Below are positions 13,001 through 27,500 of a stretch of DNA of 64,000 nt, one piece after another. The stretch covers positions 17,335,718-17,399,717 of the forward strand of contig NC_068990.1 of the NCBI RefSeq assembly GCF_001194135.2, read 5' to 3'. The translations under genes were made by a program, and so were the position numbers. The stretch is from Octopus bimaculoides. Taxonomy: Eukaryota. The notes beneath the pieces were generated by a model. It made no database searches. It was not told the origin of the DNA and saw nothing but the letters and a program-made list of their open reading frames with translations. Positions within the stretch are counted from its first letter, which is position 1. Each line of letters starts with the position of its first letter.

Positions 13001-16000
13001 ATACAACAAAAAAAAAGGACTATATACCTGTTGTAATTTGGTTATCTATAGTCTGATGATATTTCGGAATTACAATTCCTTCTTCAGATATTCTTCGATG
13101 GAGTCTCTGATAGTCCATTTTTTGTATTATAGTGCATTGTTGTACCATTCTAAACTTTTTATTCTTTAGAAACAGCATGTACTTTGAAGGACATTTAGCT
13201 GCTATTTGAGTATCCAAGTGATGGCATGTAGCTTAGTGGTTTGGGTATTTGGCTAATGATTGTAAGGTCATGAGTTCAATACCTGACAGTGCATTGTGTC
13301 CTTGAGCAAGACACTTTATTTCACTTTGCTCCAGTCCACTCAGCTGGCAAAAATGAGTGGAGCCTGTATTTCAAAGGGCCAGCCTTGTCACAATCTGAGT
13401 GACATTAAATTTCCATGAGAACTACATTAAGTGTGTACATATCTGTGGAGTACTCAGCCACTTGCATGTTAATTTCATGAGCAAGCTGTTCCGTTAGTTG
13501 GGGATCAACTGGAACCCTTATTCCAGTGACAGTCTCTTGTTCGAGTATCCTTGTTGGCTTGACCAGTGTTGTCGAATGTTCTCTTAATACAACAGTTCTT
13601 TTGATAACGAGGAGATTTTTAAAATCTTTCATATCATCATCATTTAATGTCCATCTTCCATGCTGACATGGCTAGACAAGACCTGGCAAGGCCAGGGACC
13701 ACACTAGGTTCCATAGTCTGTTTTAGCTTGGTTTCTACTGCTGAAAGCCCTTCCTAACACCTTTTCATGTGGCACAATCACCAGTGCTTTTCAAATGGCA
13801 GCAACGCCAGTGCCTTTTGCATGGCACCAGTGCATTCTATGTGACACCACCACCAGTGCTTTTTACAAAGCAGCACAGCACCAGATGCTTCTTGTGTGGC
13901 ATCAGAACCAACACAGGTAAGAGAAATTTCATTTGAATTCCCAGAACTTCCGAGTAAGAAATTTAGCAAGCCAGGTTGGGTAATGCCAGGCCAGAGCAAC
14001 ATTCAAAGTTGTCTTCGGGCATAGATGCTTGGTGTTGTTTAGCTCTGAGTCAGCAGACATATGATCAAAGGCAATCCAGTAGTGACCATCTCATCGTTTT
14101 CTTTCTAAGCATTGTAAACACTGGACTATTTAAGGCTGGTACACATTCTATCAATCACTTTTGGTCAAACCATTAAGTTACAGGGGATGTAAACTAACCA
14201 ACATTAGTTGTCAAGTGGTGGTGGAGGACAAAAACAATTACAAAGACACACACACACAGATACATGCATACATATATATATGTACATATGACATACATAC
14301 ATACGTACATACATGCATACAGGCTGGGACCCCCTTCGGTCATGACTGACCATGGGATTGCACCTAGAAAGTTATCCTCCCAGGCACAAGTCCGGGCAAG
14401 GTTGTTTATGGAAGACCAGCAGTTGCCCATGCATACCGGTCTCCCCTCTCCACGCCACCAGTGTTATCCAAGGAAAAGGCAAAGGGGCCGATACAGCTTG
14501 GCACCTGTCACGTCACAACTCATTTCTACAGCTGAGTGAATTGGAGCAATGTGAAATAAAGTGTCTTGCTCAAGAACACAACACACAGCCTGGTCCGGGA
14601 TTTGAACTCACAACCTCACTGTCGTAAGCTTGACGCTCTAACCACTGAGCCATGCGCCTTCACATACATACATACACACACACATACATACATAAGACAA
14701 ACTTCTTTCAGTTTTCCATCTCACAAAATCACTCACATGATGGTTTTGGTTGGCCTAGGGCTATCATAGAAGATACTTACCCAAGGTGCCATGCCATGTC
14801 ATGTGATTGAACCCAGAACCTTGCAGTTAGAAAACAAACTTCTGACCACACAGCCACACCTGCACCTAGTAAGGGCAAAGTTTATTTTTATCTTTTAATG
14901 AGGAAAGAAGGCATTGCCTCTGACTTCTTACAGGGTGTTGAAGACTGGTTGGAGGGAGAGAGGAAAGTATCTTTAAACTGAAGATTTGGCCAAAATGCTT
15001 GCAGGGGAGTGGACTCTGCTAAAAGCACCCAAGATGCCATTGTGTGGTATTTATCTGGATGAGGGGTAAAGTAAGCCACAGTAGGATTTGAACTCAGAAT
15101 GTAAAGAACCAGGACAAATACCACAAGGCATCTTGGTCTAACATTCTTACAGTTCTGTCAACCCACCAATCTGAGATTGGTCCCTTTTTATTGACCACAA
15201 AAGGATAAAAAGCAAAGTTGCCCTCAACAGCATTTGATCTCAGAGTACAGAGAGATGGAATAAATACTGTGAAGTATTCTATTTGACTCTAATGATTCTC
15301 TCAATTTACTACCTGTTCCCTGGTTGCTGTTTCTAGCAAAGTAAATGTCCACATAGAATGTCACCACAGTGGCTGCCTTGTATTAACATTAATATTTGGG
15401 GAAACAAAAAAGCAGAAAAGGAACTCACTTCTTTCGATTCTGACTGCAAACGTTGTACAATGTGGTTATTTTTGTCTGTTATTAGCACCTGAAAAAGTAA
15501 TTTTTTTTTGTTTTAAATAAAGAAAAAGGATGAATTATAATATATAAAATATGTATATTATGTCAATTCAATTTGTGTATAAACCTTGTAGTATGCTTTA
15601 TAGATAAGATACATGCATAATACATACATATATATGTATATATATATATACATACATACATACATACACATATATATAAACCATAAAAGTCAGAAGGTAT
15701 GATAAGTGAATATATATATTCATTTAATCCTTGGGATTATGGCCGTTTGCAACCTCCTTCATTGTAGTTAATACTAATTTTAATGTGGAAGAAATTCTGC
15801 TTATACATTTGCATAAATATGTATGCTTGACATTATATAAATACAGTTGTATATTCACAAATCAATGGAAAAAAAAAGAAAGCTAGCTCATGAGATCACC
15901 AGAACATTATGGTTACACTAATCATTAAACTCAATGTGTGTTTGTTTGTTTTACTGTTTCCTTGCCTTGACATCAGACAGTAGCTGTAAGCAAGTGCCAT

Positions 16001-19000
16001 TGTCATGCAAGAGGTTTTATTTGTTTCTAGTCTTCCACACAATCATGTCTGGACATGGTGAAATATTACCTTACTTGGAAACGGATGAGGGTTGGTGATG
16101 GGAATGGCATCCAGCTACACAAAATCTGTCTGATCCATGCAAACATGGAATAGCAGATGTTTCATTTAAATATATATTACATGGATGATAATATTTTCAA
16201 CCAAGACATTACGACCATATCTGATTGTTCAAGTGCTTCAATTTTGAGTATTTCTTTTATTCTTTTATTTGTTTCAGTCATTTGACTGTGGCTATGCTGG
16301 AGCACTGCCTTCAGTCGAACAAATTGACCCCAGGACTTATTCTTTGTAAGTCTAGTACTTATTCTATTAGTCACTTTTGCCGAACTGCTAAGTTATGGGG
16401 ACATAAACACACCGACATTGGTTGTAAAGTAATGGTGGGAGAACAAATACAGACACACAGACATATACATATGTGCATATATATATATATATATATATAT
16501 AATAATAATAATATTAGGGACAAAATCCAAAATTACAGGTAAAAAGTCAATTAAAATCAATAGAATTTAATTTTCGATAATTTCAATTGATTTTAATCGA
16601 TTTAAAAATTAGTTATGAAACACGTGTAATCATTTTATTATATTTATCTTNNNNNNNNNNNNNNNNNNNNNNNNNNNNNNNNNNNNNNNNNNNNNNNNNN
16701 NNNNNNNNNNNNNNNNNNNNNNNNNNNNNNNNNNNNNNNNNNNNNNNNNNNNNNNNNNNNNNNNNNNNNNNNNNNNNNNNNNNNNNNNNNNNNNNNNNNN
16801 NNNNNNNNNNNNNNNNNNNNNNNNNNNNNNNNNNNNNNNNNNNNNNNNNNNNNNNNNNNNNNNNNNNNNNNNNNNNNNNNNNNNNNNNNNNNNNNNNNNN
16901 ATATATATATATATATATATATGATGGGCTTCTTTCAGTTTCTGTCTACCAAATCCACTCACAAGGATTTGGTTGGCCTGAGGTTATAGCAGAAGATACC
17001 TGCCCAAGGTACCATGCAGTGGGACTGAACCAGGGACCATGTGGTTGGTAAGCAAGCTACTTACCACATAGCCACTCCCGCACCTATGCACATATATTTA
17101 CTTGATTGCTGACATTTATTGATGGTTTCTCCCATCTTCTTTTGGACCATTTTCTATCATTAATAGAACTGTCGACATTTTCAATGGCACAAGTGTGCTA
17201 ATTGCATAATATTACAGTTGTTTCATAACAATTTTACCAGCAGATCATTGCCAAAACATTTCTATATAAAATAACACATCATGTTGTTGTTGTTATTATT
17301 ATTATTATTATTATTAATAATAGACAATACGAAGGGCACAATGTAATTGCAATAGATATCTTATTGGTTTGAACACTATTTCAAAAGCATTATATATTAA
17401 TGTTTCGGCAATGAAACAGTTGTAGTACTATGCAGTAAAATGTGTTGCTCAATCTATTTTTTCTTATTCATATTTCTAATGAAATACATATATGTAATTG
17501 GTGGGTTAATCTTTCTTTAGGGGTACCAATTTATTAAGCCTTCTTGCCTCATCTTGAGGCCCTTTTCTTCCCAATTCTCTTTTATTTTATGTATTTACTC
17601 TGATGAAACTCCATGTACCAGATCGGATGTACTATAGAATATGACGAATATTATTCTCATAATTTTCCTTGGCAGTGCCAACTGACATTGGTAGCATAAA
17701 TGGCTGTTAGCATTGTTAAAGTTTTGTATTAAAAAATAATAATAATCAATGGTAGTCAATTTGTTTGTTGATCAAAAATTTTCTCCATTTTTCTGCTTAA
17801 GTTTTATATATNNNNNNNNNNNNNNNNNNNNNNNNNNNNNNNNNNNNNNNNNNNNNNNNNNNNNNNNNNNNNNNNNNNNNNNNNNNNNNNNNNNNNNNNN
17901 NNNNNNNNNNNNNNNNNNNNNNNNNNNNNNNNNNNNNNCGATATTAATTAATATCAATTTAATACCAGGAAACTAGCACATTAAAAGAATCAGAAGGTTC
18001 AGAAAAATATTTTCTTCAAGCTCCTAAAAAGATTATAGTACTTGTGTATATAAGATTGACCAGTGACCGGTCTGTCAATATGCTAGAAGAAGCTCACTTA
18101 AAAAAAAAAATATATATATATATATGTCAGACTTCTTTTGGTTTCCATCTACCAAATGCATTCACAAGGCTTTAGTAGGCCCTGGGCTATAGTAGAAGAC
18201 ACTTGCCCATGTACTGGGATTAGACCTGACACTATAGTTGAGAGACAAATTTCTTACCACACAAGCAGGAGAAAAGAGAGGGGTAAATCCTACAAAATAA
18301 GTAACTTACAGCTCCACTGCCATCTCGAGGTACACCCATGACATAGTATTCATATTTATCATTAAAGAATTTTCCAGAAGATACAGCATAACCTAAAAAG
18401 AAACAAAAAGAAATGATTGATAATAATAATAATAATAGCAATAATAATAATTTTTTTCTGCCATAGGTTCATGGCAGTGCTCAACTGGTGCTTATTTTAT
18501 CGAGGCCAAAAGGAGGAAAGGCAAAACTGACCTTTGCAGAATTTGGACTCAGAACGTAAAGACAGACAAAATGCCACAGAGCATTTTACTCAGCATTCTA
18601 ACAAATCTGCTGCCAGCTCACTGTTTTCTAACTCAATAAAAATGTCTGCTATCTTACAATATTCTATGTAAATATATTCATCGAAGGATTATATCTTCAA
18701 AATTTAAAATATTAAACCAGTGTATCTTGGATAAATATCCCTATAAGAGGCTTGAATATGCTCGTTGTGACAACACACACACACACACACACACGCATAT
18801 ATCATCTTATTTATCCAGGACTACATTATCCAATGAGCCAATATTTTTTAAGATTGCAGGGATTAATATGAAGTAATTTTACCTGATATTTCTAGCAGGT
18901 TGCATGGCCAAATAAATACTTTTGTTGGTTGGTTCATGTTTAGAAACTCTTATGAATATTACCCTGGTGTTCAACCATTACTGTAATTCTACTCTCCAAA

Positions 19001-22000
19001 CACTACAGATTTATTTTATATACCCCTACAGATTCTGTCAACCAAGACCCTTACCCACTTTTGATACCAATCCACCTGACACAACACCTGACTCTATGAT
19101 TCATGTTTGAAAGAATCTAAATCAAAACTTTCCATCAAAATTTTATGTTAATTTTCATTCCAAATATTAACTTAATAAAGACATTGTTATTTTACAAAAT
19201 TCCTCATTATCTTCCAAATTAATTAAAACAAAGTAATACATTTCAAGAGAAATATTAATAACAAAAAAAGGGTTAACAGGGCTGCAACTACTACTAATAA
19301 TAATGACAGCAGGAGCAGCATCAGCAAGAAGGTTTTCTAAGGACTATCAAGATAAGTAAAATGGCTTCTAATTGAAGTTTCAGTCCCTACAGACGTTAAG
19401 GTATCACTAAAAGAAATCAAGATACTATCCAAATAAAAAGATCTGGAAATAGACAACTAGAATGTAAAAATTGAAGACATAAACAATCCCTTGGATAATA
19501 AAATGTCTTGGGTATGATAAAAATTAAAGCAGGTGAATTCATAACTGAAACCACAACATGTACAAATATCAATGGCATAGAGAAAATTGTGCTACCAGGT
19601 ATAGCATACACTTTTATATTGGGTGTTTCTAATACAATGGAAGAGATAGAACTGAAGCAAAATAGTCCACTTAACATAAGAACATAGAATTGAACTTTGT
19701 TGTGCAATGAGAGCATGTAATAAGAATATGATTACTATCTTTGAGATCTTCCACTTGTTTTAGTATAGGACTGCAGCCATACTGGAGCACCACCTGGAAG
19801 GATTTTAGTCAAATGAATCAACCCTACTACTTGTTTTTAGAGCTTAGTGCTTATTCTAAGATCTCTTTTTCTGAACCACTGTGTTATAGGGATATAATCA
19901 AACCAACACACACACACACACAACAATACAGATTTCTTTCAGTTTCTGTTTACAAAATCTTTTCACAAGGCTTTAGTTGACCCTTGGCTATAGTAGAAGA
20001 CACGTGGTAGGACTGAACCTGGAACTATATGATTAAGAAGCAAACTTCACCACACGGCCACATCTGCACCCACAAACTATTTATTATAAAAAACAGTTTC
20101 TGATTTAGGTCCAAGGATAACAATTTTGAGAGGAGGGGGTAAGTTGATACCAGTATGTGACAGGTACCCCTGGAGGGGTGAAAAGTAAAATTGACTTTGG
20201 TGGAATTTGTGCGTGTGTGTACATGTATGTCAATTAATATATATATATGCCAGCAGTGAAGGTGCATGGCTTAGTGGTTAGAGGAATTCGACTCATGATC
20301 ATAAGGTCGTGAGTTCAATTCCTGGCAGTGCATTGTGTCCCTGAATAAGACACTTTATGACACATTGCTCCAGTCCACTAAGCTGGCAAAAATGGATTGT
20401 CTCTGTATTTCAAAGGGTCAGCCTTGTCACATTCTGTGTCATGCCAAATCTCTCTGTGAACTACATTAAGAATACACGTGTCTGTGGAGTGCTCAGCCAC
20501 TTGCATGTTAATTTCGTGAGCAGGTTGTTCTGTTGTTCCGGATCAACTGGAACCCTCATTGTCTTAACCAACAGAGTGCCAGGTGTATATATGTATATAT
20601 ATACATGCAAGAACAGCCTGTGCATATCACCTTCCTCCTTTTTCCCTCTCCTCCACCCACACACATCTGAACAACAAACTTTTTCCAACCACTGCTTTTC
20701 TGAATGTCCTGAAGGGGTCTTCATCCCGAAATATAGAAATACAAGGTAAAACTGCAACTTTGTTCTGTTTTCTTTTCATTTTGTTGTTTACTTTGTACCT
20801 TCTCGCATTGTTCCAGCTTTACACAACTACATTCTTTAAAGTAATTATGTAGGTATGTGTGTGTGTGTGTGAATGTATGTTAATTACAATATGCAGATAA
20901 ATAGCAGTTCTAATGTCAGGGCAGATATTTCCCCATGTGCTAGTTATTTTTATTATGCATTCCATTGTTCAAAACACTTGAAACAGAAAAAGCACAACAA
21001 AAATACATCAACATTAAAAGCATAAACAACCAGGCTGTGTCACCTTTTTGATACCAATCCGCCTGATTCTATGATTCTATGATGCAAACTTCCTGTTTTA
21101 AAGTCATCATCATCATCATCATCGTTTAACGTCCGCTTTCCGTGCTAGCATGGGTTGGACGATTTGACTGAGGACTGGTGAAACCAGATGGCTACACCAG
21201 GCTCCAATCTGATTTGGCATAGTTTCTACAGCTGGGTGCCCTTCCTAACGCCAACCACTCCGAGAGTGTAGTGGGTGCTTTTACGTGCCACCAACACAAA
21301 GGCCAGTCAGGCGGTACTGGCAACGATCTCGCTCGAATGTCTTTTCATGTGCCACTGGCACAAGTGCCAGGAAGGCGACGTTGGTAACGAACATGCTCAA
21401 ACGGTGCTATTTACATGCCACCAGCACGGAAGCCAGACAGCTGGTGCTCTGGCAATGATCATGCTCGGACAGTGCTCTTAGTGCTCCACTGGTAGAGGTG
21501 CCATCATGATTTTGCTTTCGGGAATTAAAATCTTCCATCAAAATTTCATATTAATTCCTTACATATTAATTCCTTAATGATAGTTATTCTATTAAATTCT
21601 TCATTATTTTCACAATTAATTGAAATAAGAACCTATGTAAAAAGCATATGTGCCAGCACTACATACAGAGCACTCATGCCAGCACCACATAAAAGACACC
21701 TATGCTAGTGCCATGTAAGGAAGCACCTGTTCCAGTGCCATGTAAACAGCACCCATGCTGGCACTATGTAAAATTCTCCCAGTACACTCTGTAAAGTGGT
21801 TGGCATTAGGAAGGGAATCCAGTCATAGAAACCATACCAAAACAGACAACTGGAGGCTGGTGAGGCTCTCTGGCTCACCATCTCCTGTCATACTATCCAA
21901 CCATGCCAGTGTAGAAAACAGGCATTAAATGATGATGATGATAATGATGATGGAAGGTAGTGTATTTCAACAGAAAGTTTAAGTTAACTCTGACCGAGGA

Positions 22001-24538
22001 TACTTTGACTAAGAGTAATCCAGCCATGACTGTACCATCTGCTATTCTATTTTTCAGTCTGCTGTTTCTAGTAATCTGAATGGCCATTAAGAGGCTTTCC
22101 CATTGGTGTCAGTGTTACATGATGTTTAAAATTGCTGGAAAAAATACAGACAGGATGGTCATGGCTAGATTACATTTCATCATAGGTTGCTCATTCAGGG
22201 CTGCTGACATGGGGCTAAATAACAACAACTATTACAACAACAGCAGCAGCAGCCACCACTACCATGTATAATAGGAATGCTCTTGAATGCCCTTCTGTGG
22301 TCATCTGGCTTGCTAAAAACAACAGCTAAACCTTTCTCAAACATACTTTATTGATTTAAAAATAACTACAAAAAGAACATTGGAATCTTAGATACACTAC
22401 GATTTTAAATAAAATGAATAAAAGGAGATACCTTTGATTTTAAGTCAGATTGATCAAGACTGATTTGTACCTAAACAACAAGAACAAGAACAACAATACA
22501 AAAAAAAAGACATGATGATGATGATGATCATTATCATCACCACCGCTACTGCCATCATCATCATCATCATCATTGTCATCTGCATCGTCGTCATCCTCAT
22601 TTTTAACATCCATGATCCATACTGGCATGGGTTGGATGATTTGACAGGATCGACTGAATCCAACAAGTCCCATGAATGCATCATGTTGCAATGTCTGCTT
22701 TGGCATGGTTTCTATGGCTGGATGCCCTTTCTAACACCAACCACTTCACAGCTTGTATTGAGTACTTTTTCTGTGTTACCAGTACTAGTGAGGTTGCCTT
22801 GCAGCTTGCAAGACAACAAAGACTGGTGGGTGGGAGGCTTTATGTGAGGAGATGAGGGGTTAAATTATGAAAGGAGGGAGTAGCTACATGTTTATTGACC
22901 CTTTGGTGAGAGTGACAATGATCAGTAGAAGCTGCAAGTTCAGGTGGCTTCTTAAGGTACAAGGTGAGTAGAAGTGTACTAGGACAGAGGTACTAGCAGT
23001 ATGGGTAGATGAGTTTGTATTCCATCTGTCAAATCTGCTCACAAGGTTTTGGTCAGCCAAAGGGGAATAGCAGAAGACATTTGCCTGAGGTGCCACACAG
23101 TGTGGGCATGAACCTGAAACCATGTGATTGAGAAGCAAACTACTCAACCACACAACCATGTTTGCATCAATAGAAATATATAGAATATATTAAGAAAATT
23201 AAATAATTGCAGCATGGAAGGTGTTTATAAGTCATTTAAAAACACAAAAACCGTTAGATTCACTTCAACATTTAAATTTAATTTGCCAAAATATTTTTGT
23301 TGCTTTGAAACCGCGACCTATTGTCTGACAAAATTCCATGCAGCAAATTAAACTTAAATGTCGAAGTGAATCTAATGGTTTTTGTGTGTTTCTTAAATGG
23401 TTTATAAACACCTTCCACGCTGCAATTGTTTTTGTTTCAGCACACAATCTCAGATCAGGTCACTTGCTATGCAAGTACATCTCCGTAATTAAGAAAATTG
23501 TCCTCTTGAAAAGGAGAGTGAAATGAATGAAATTGAAACAGGAAAACAAGTAGAATCTGCATGACTTACCAGCATAATTGTTATCAATGTCAGACTGCAG
23601 TAACAAAGGCTTTCCTGCTGGAGTTTCTCCTTTATTGGGAAACAAAATTATTCCACCTAGATAGAAAAAAAAAATTAATGCTTAATTAGTTAACTTATCA
23701 TCATCATCATCATCATCATTGCGGGAGATAGCAGTGCATGCCATCAAAGTAACACTGAGGTATACCCATCATGAGTACTTGTCTGATAAGGGTACACCAG
23801 GCACATGCATCACATCCATATGTGTGCGACACAGTGATCTCAGATCAAGATAAACAGCACATGAACTTGCAGGTGGGGCCCAGTTAGAATTTTCTTCATG
23901 TCGAGTAGCCCATCCCACTCAAAAGGTCCCTGAATAAGGTTTGTTTAAGGATGTTGAACGAAACACCTATTTCTCCAGAGGTGAATTATCTAAACCCCAA
24001 AGAATTCCTCTCAAGACATGGCTATTTTGCTCCCCAACTACTTCTGCTTGTGATCAGAGATGCACATAAGGGATAAGCTTAACTGGTTAAGGTCAAACAA
24101 CTGACAAGCAAATATGTGGTATTGAGCAGAATATTTGCCGTAGCCCATCTTTTATACTAAGACAAAACAATGTACATGATAACACTTCCAATCAATTAAG
24201 ATCAGAAGCCATGAGAGCTACTGCCTGGTACTGCAGCCAGGCATTTCTTCTTCTTCTTCTTCTTCATCGTCATCGTCGTCACCATCATCGCCGCCGCCGT
24301 CGTCGTCGTCGTCGTCATCATCATCATCATGGCAGAATTGTTAGCACTGTGGACAAAATGCTCAGCAGCATTTCATTTGTCTTTAGGTTCTGAGTTTAAA
24401 TTTCACGGGGGTCAGCTTTGCTTTTCATTCTTTTGGAGTTGATAGAATAAGTACCAGTTGAGCGCTGTGTGTGTGTTGGGGGAGGGGGCGATGTAATCTA
24501 CTTAACCCCTCTCCCAGAATTGCTGGCCCTGTGCCAAA

Positions 24539-24573
<35 letters not shown>

Positions 24574-27500
24574 CATTATTATAACTGTCAATGCCCTAGT
24601 ATGGCCACAGCCCTCTGGATGGAAAAAGTAAGACAGTGACCGAATTTATAAACAAATAACTGTTTTATTTCTTCGTTATTTGCTGCACGAGCAAGACAGA
24701 CAACAACCTTGTAACATAGTAAAAAAAAATCTGAGAAAGGAGAAATAACATGTGTTATACAAATGTATGAACATATATTTTACATTGGCATAAAAATCTC
24801 TACAGAATAAATAAAAGAAATATCCCACACACAGACCCATATATCATTTGTCTTACATTTAACTAATTGTTGGTTAACCTCATAGCCCTGAATAGAAAAT
24901 GGCCGTAAGGCATTTACATTTAAAAATAAATAAGATATAGTAGATAGACTACGGTATTAAATTTTATTTTCTGTTTAAATAGAGCATGTGGCTGTATGAT
25001 TCATTTAAGAATATATATTGACTGTTTAAAAATTCTTTTATTTTAAATCTAATCAGTAATAATAATACAATTTCTAATTACATTGTTTGGTATCTAATTA
25101 AACTAAACAATATGTTGTTCGTTTGCTTTTGTTTTATTTTGCAACAATTCTTTCTATTTGAGTCCATGGAGTAGTGGTGAGAAGATTAATGGGGTCACAA
25201 AGTGGATGGAGACCAAGGACACTGTGATAATTGGCATGGCTATAAGGAACTATGAGGCAGTAACAGGAGCAAAAATCAGCCAATGAAAGGCAGTAGGCCT
25301 ATTGTTTAACATATATATAGACAAGTCCATGCCATCCAAAGGTGTTGTAAGGTGCTGATGGATGGAAGGATTAAGTTGCCCAGATTTCCTGGTGGACAAC
25401 AATTGGGATATGGTGACAAGCAGGATAGTCAATCTTACCTAGAAACAGGCCAAGAGAAAGCTATCCCGAAAAGTAAGGCAGAGGTGGTGAACACTTACAT
25501 CTCTGCTATCATATAATTCAGCCTGACCATTGTGCCCTGCTCCAGTTCACATCTCAGCAGACTGAAGTGCTTGCTCTTCAGTGTTCTGTGGAGCAATGTG
25601 CTCCACTGGTCAGGCATACCATTTTCTGTCAACAACTGCTGAATAGGGGATGAGGCATGCTATCACTAAAGATGCTCAGGCATGTGCTGAAGCTGCAAAA
25701 TCTCCAGCAATTCCTTGATAATGAACAGGTGTGGGTGCCGTTTTCAGACAGACATTCCCATAGTTCATCTTTTTGACAGAGGTGTAATTCTATGTCAAGC
25801 ATAGATCAAGACATGACACTTGGCATCTGGATTGTCATTAAGTGCTCACACTCTACCAGTTAGACAGTGCAGTTGGTGGAAGTTCCACCATGATATTCAA
25901 GAGCAGGTTAACAGTGAGCAAGAGTGATAATGTTCTCAGGAGAGACACTGGACATCAACTGGCTCATCTGTTCTGGAGGACTTTCAGGTCAGAGCCCAGT
26001 AATAATTTTCAGAACTCTCTGGCCTGACAGCACTTGCAGGGGACATTTCTGGCTTGAAATAAACTCAACAAACATGATAGTGTTGTTAGTTGTACTTGTC
26101 TGAGGTGCATACAGAACAAAAGATGCATATGTTCAATGTCCAATCATTATTAACTTGTGGCATTATATTGAACACCTGTCATCACATGTAGGATGGATTT
26201 GGTTAACTGCTCAGTCCATGGTAAGGATTGTCCTGCTGTCTTCCTTTGGCCATGAAGGACAGGCAGTGTTTAGCTGTCTGGTGGCTTTAGTGAAAGAGGT
26301 TGTGTAAGGGACCAGATTGAAAGAGCTGAAGAAAGGCACCTTCCCCTTCAGCTAAACCATCATTAACTTCCCCAAGTTTCACTTGAAAAGAAAAATGAGG
26401 ATGAAGAGGTAAATGCTGCCTCCCAGATGAGAGTGATGAGCATGGTGTAAATGAACAGGTTTGCTTTGAAAATACACCTGCAGATCCAAGAAGGATAACT
26501 GGAAGAGATTTTTTCCCCCTCAGTGGTCAGGGTGCTATGGTTTTCATGGTGTTTCCACAAGTAGACCTTGGACATTTCCTATTTTGGTAAATGATTCATT
26601 CTCTAGAATATATTGTTTCTTTGTTACTGTTATTCTTCTTTTTACAGGTTCTTTCAAGTAATCCCACATTCTATCATTCTGTACCATTCCCAATGTTTTT
26701 GTGAACCCTTAGCAAGTAATAAAGAAAATAAAAACATTATTGTTGTTGTTGTTGTTTACTTTTAATCTGTATGTTTGTTACAGTCACTTGTCGAGACACA
26801 CCTAGTGCCCTAGGGCAGGTGAAGGATAAGAGATATTATAGTATGACCAAAAGTTTGGGGAGGGGAAGTAGCAGGGGCAGTAGCAAAATATTTTCATGTA
26901 ATACAACACAGACAGTGAACTTGATAGAGTTTTTCTAAGGATGTGGGCCGTACTTGTCAACACAATCTTTTGGATTTTTTGGGGACATGATCCTCCTGGG
27001 ATGTTGTCTAGATGTTTCTTCTTCTTCTCCTTCTTCTTCCTCCTCCTCCTTCTTATTATTATTTATTAAGGTGACAAGCTGGCAGAATTGATAGCACGCC
27101 AGGCAAAATGCTTAGCAGCATTTCATCCATCTTTATGTTCTGAGTTCAAACTCCGCCGAAGCCAACTTTACTTTTCATCCACTTGGGGGTCAATAAAATA
27201 AGCACCATTTGAATACTGGGGTTGAAGTAATTAACTATCCCCCTCCCTCAAATTTCAGGCCTTGTGCCTATAGTAGAAAGGATTATTAATATTATTTTAT
27301 TGACTTTGCACAGCTTCTAATGTTGGAGATGTACTACAGTGCCAGCTGTTCACTACAAGTGAAATAAGGTAACACCCCTTATTTTTTGGAGCACCATCCG
27401 GAGTATTCAAGTGGTTCCAAGCAGTGCTGTTTTCTGCAAATACTCCACCCTTATTGCAGCCCCTATTTGTTCCATGTATTATTATTAATTATTATTATTA

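Noticed and set aside
17595-17660. ctctgatgaaact... possible hammerhead core
   Set aside because: No GAAA closes a helix II and no helix I or III could be built.
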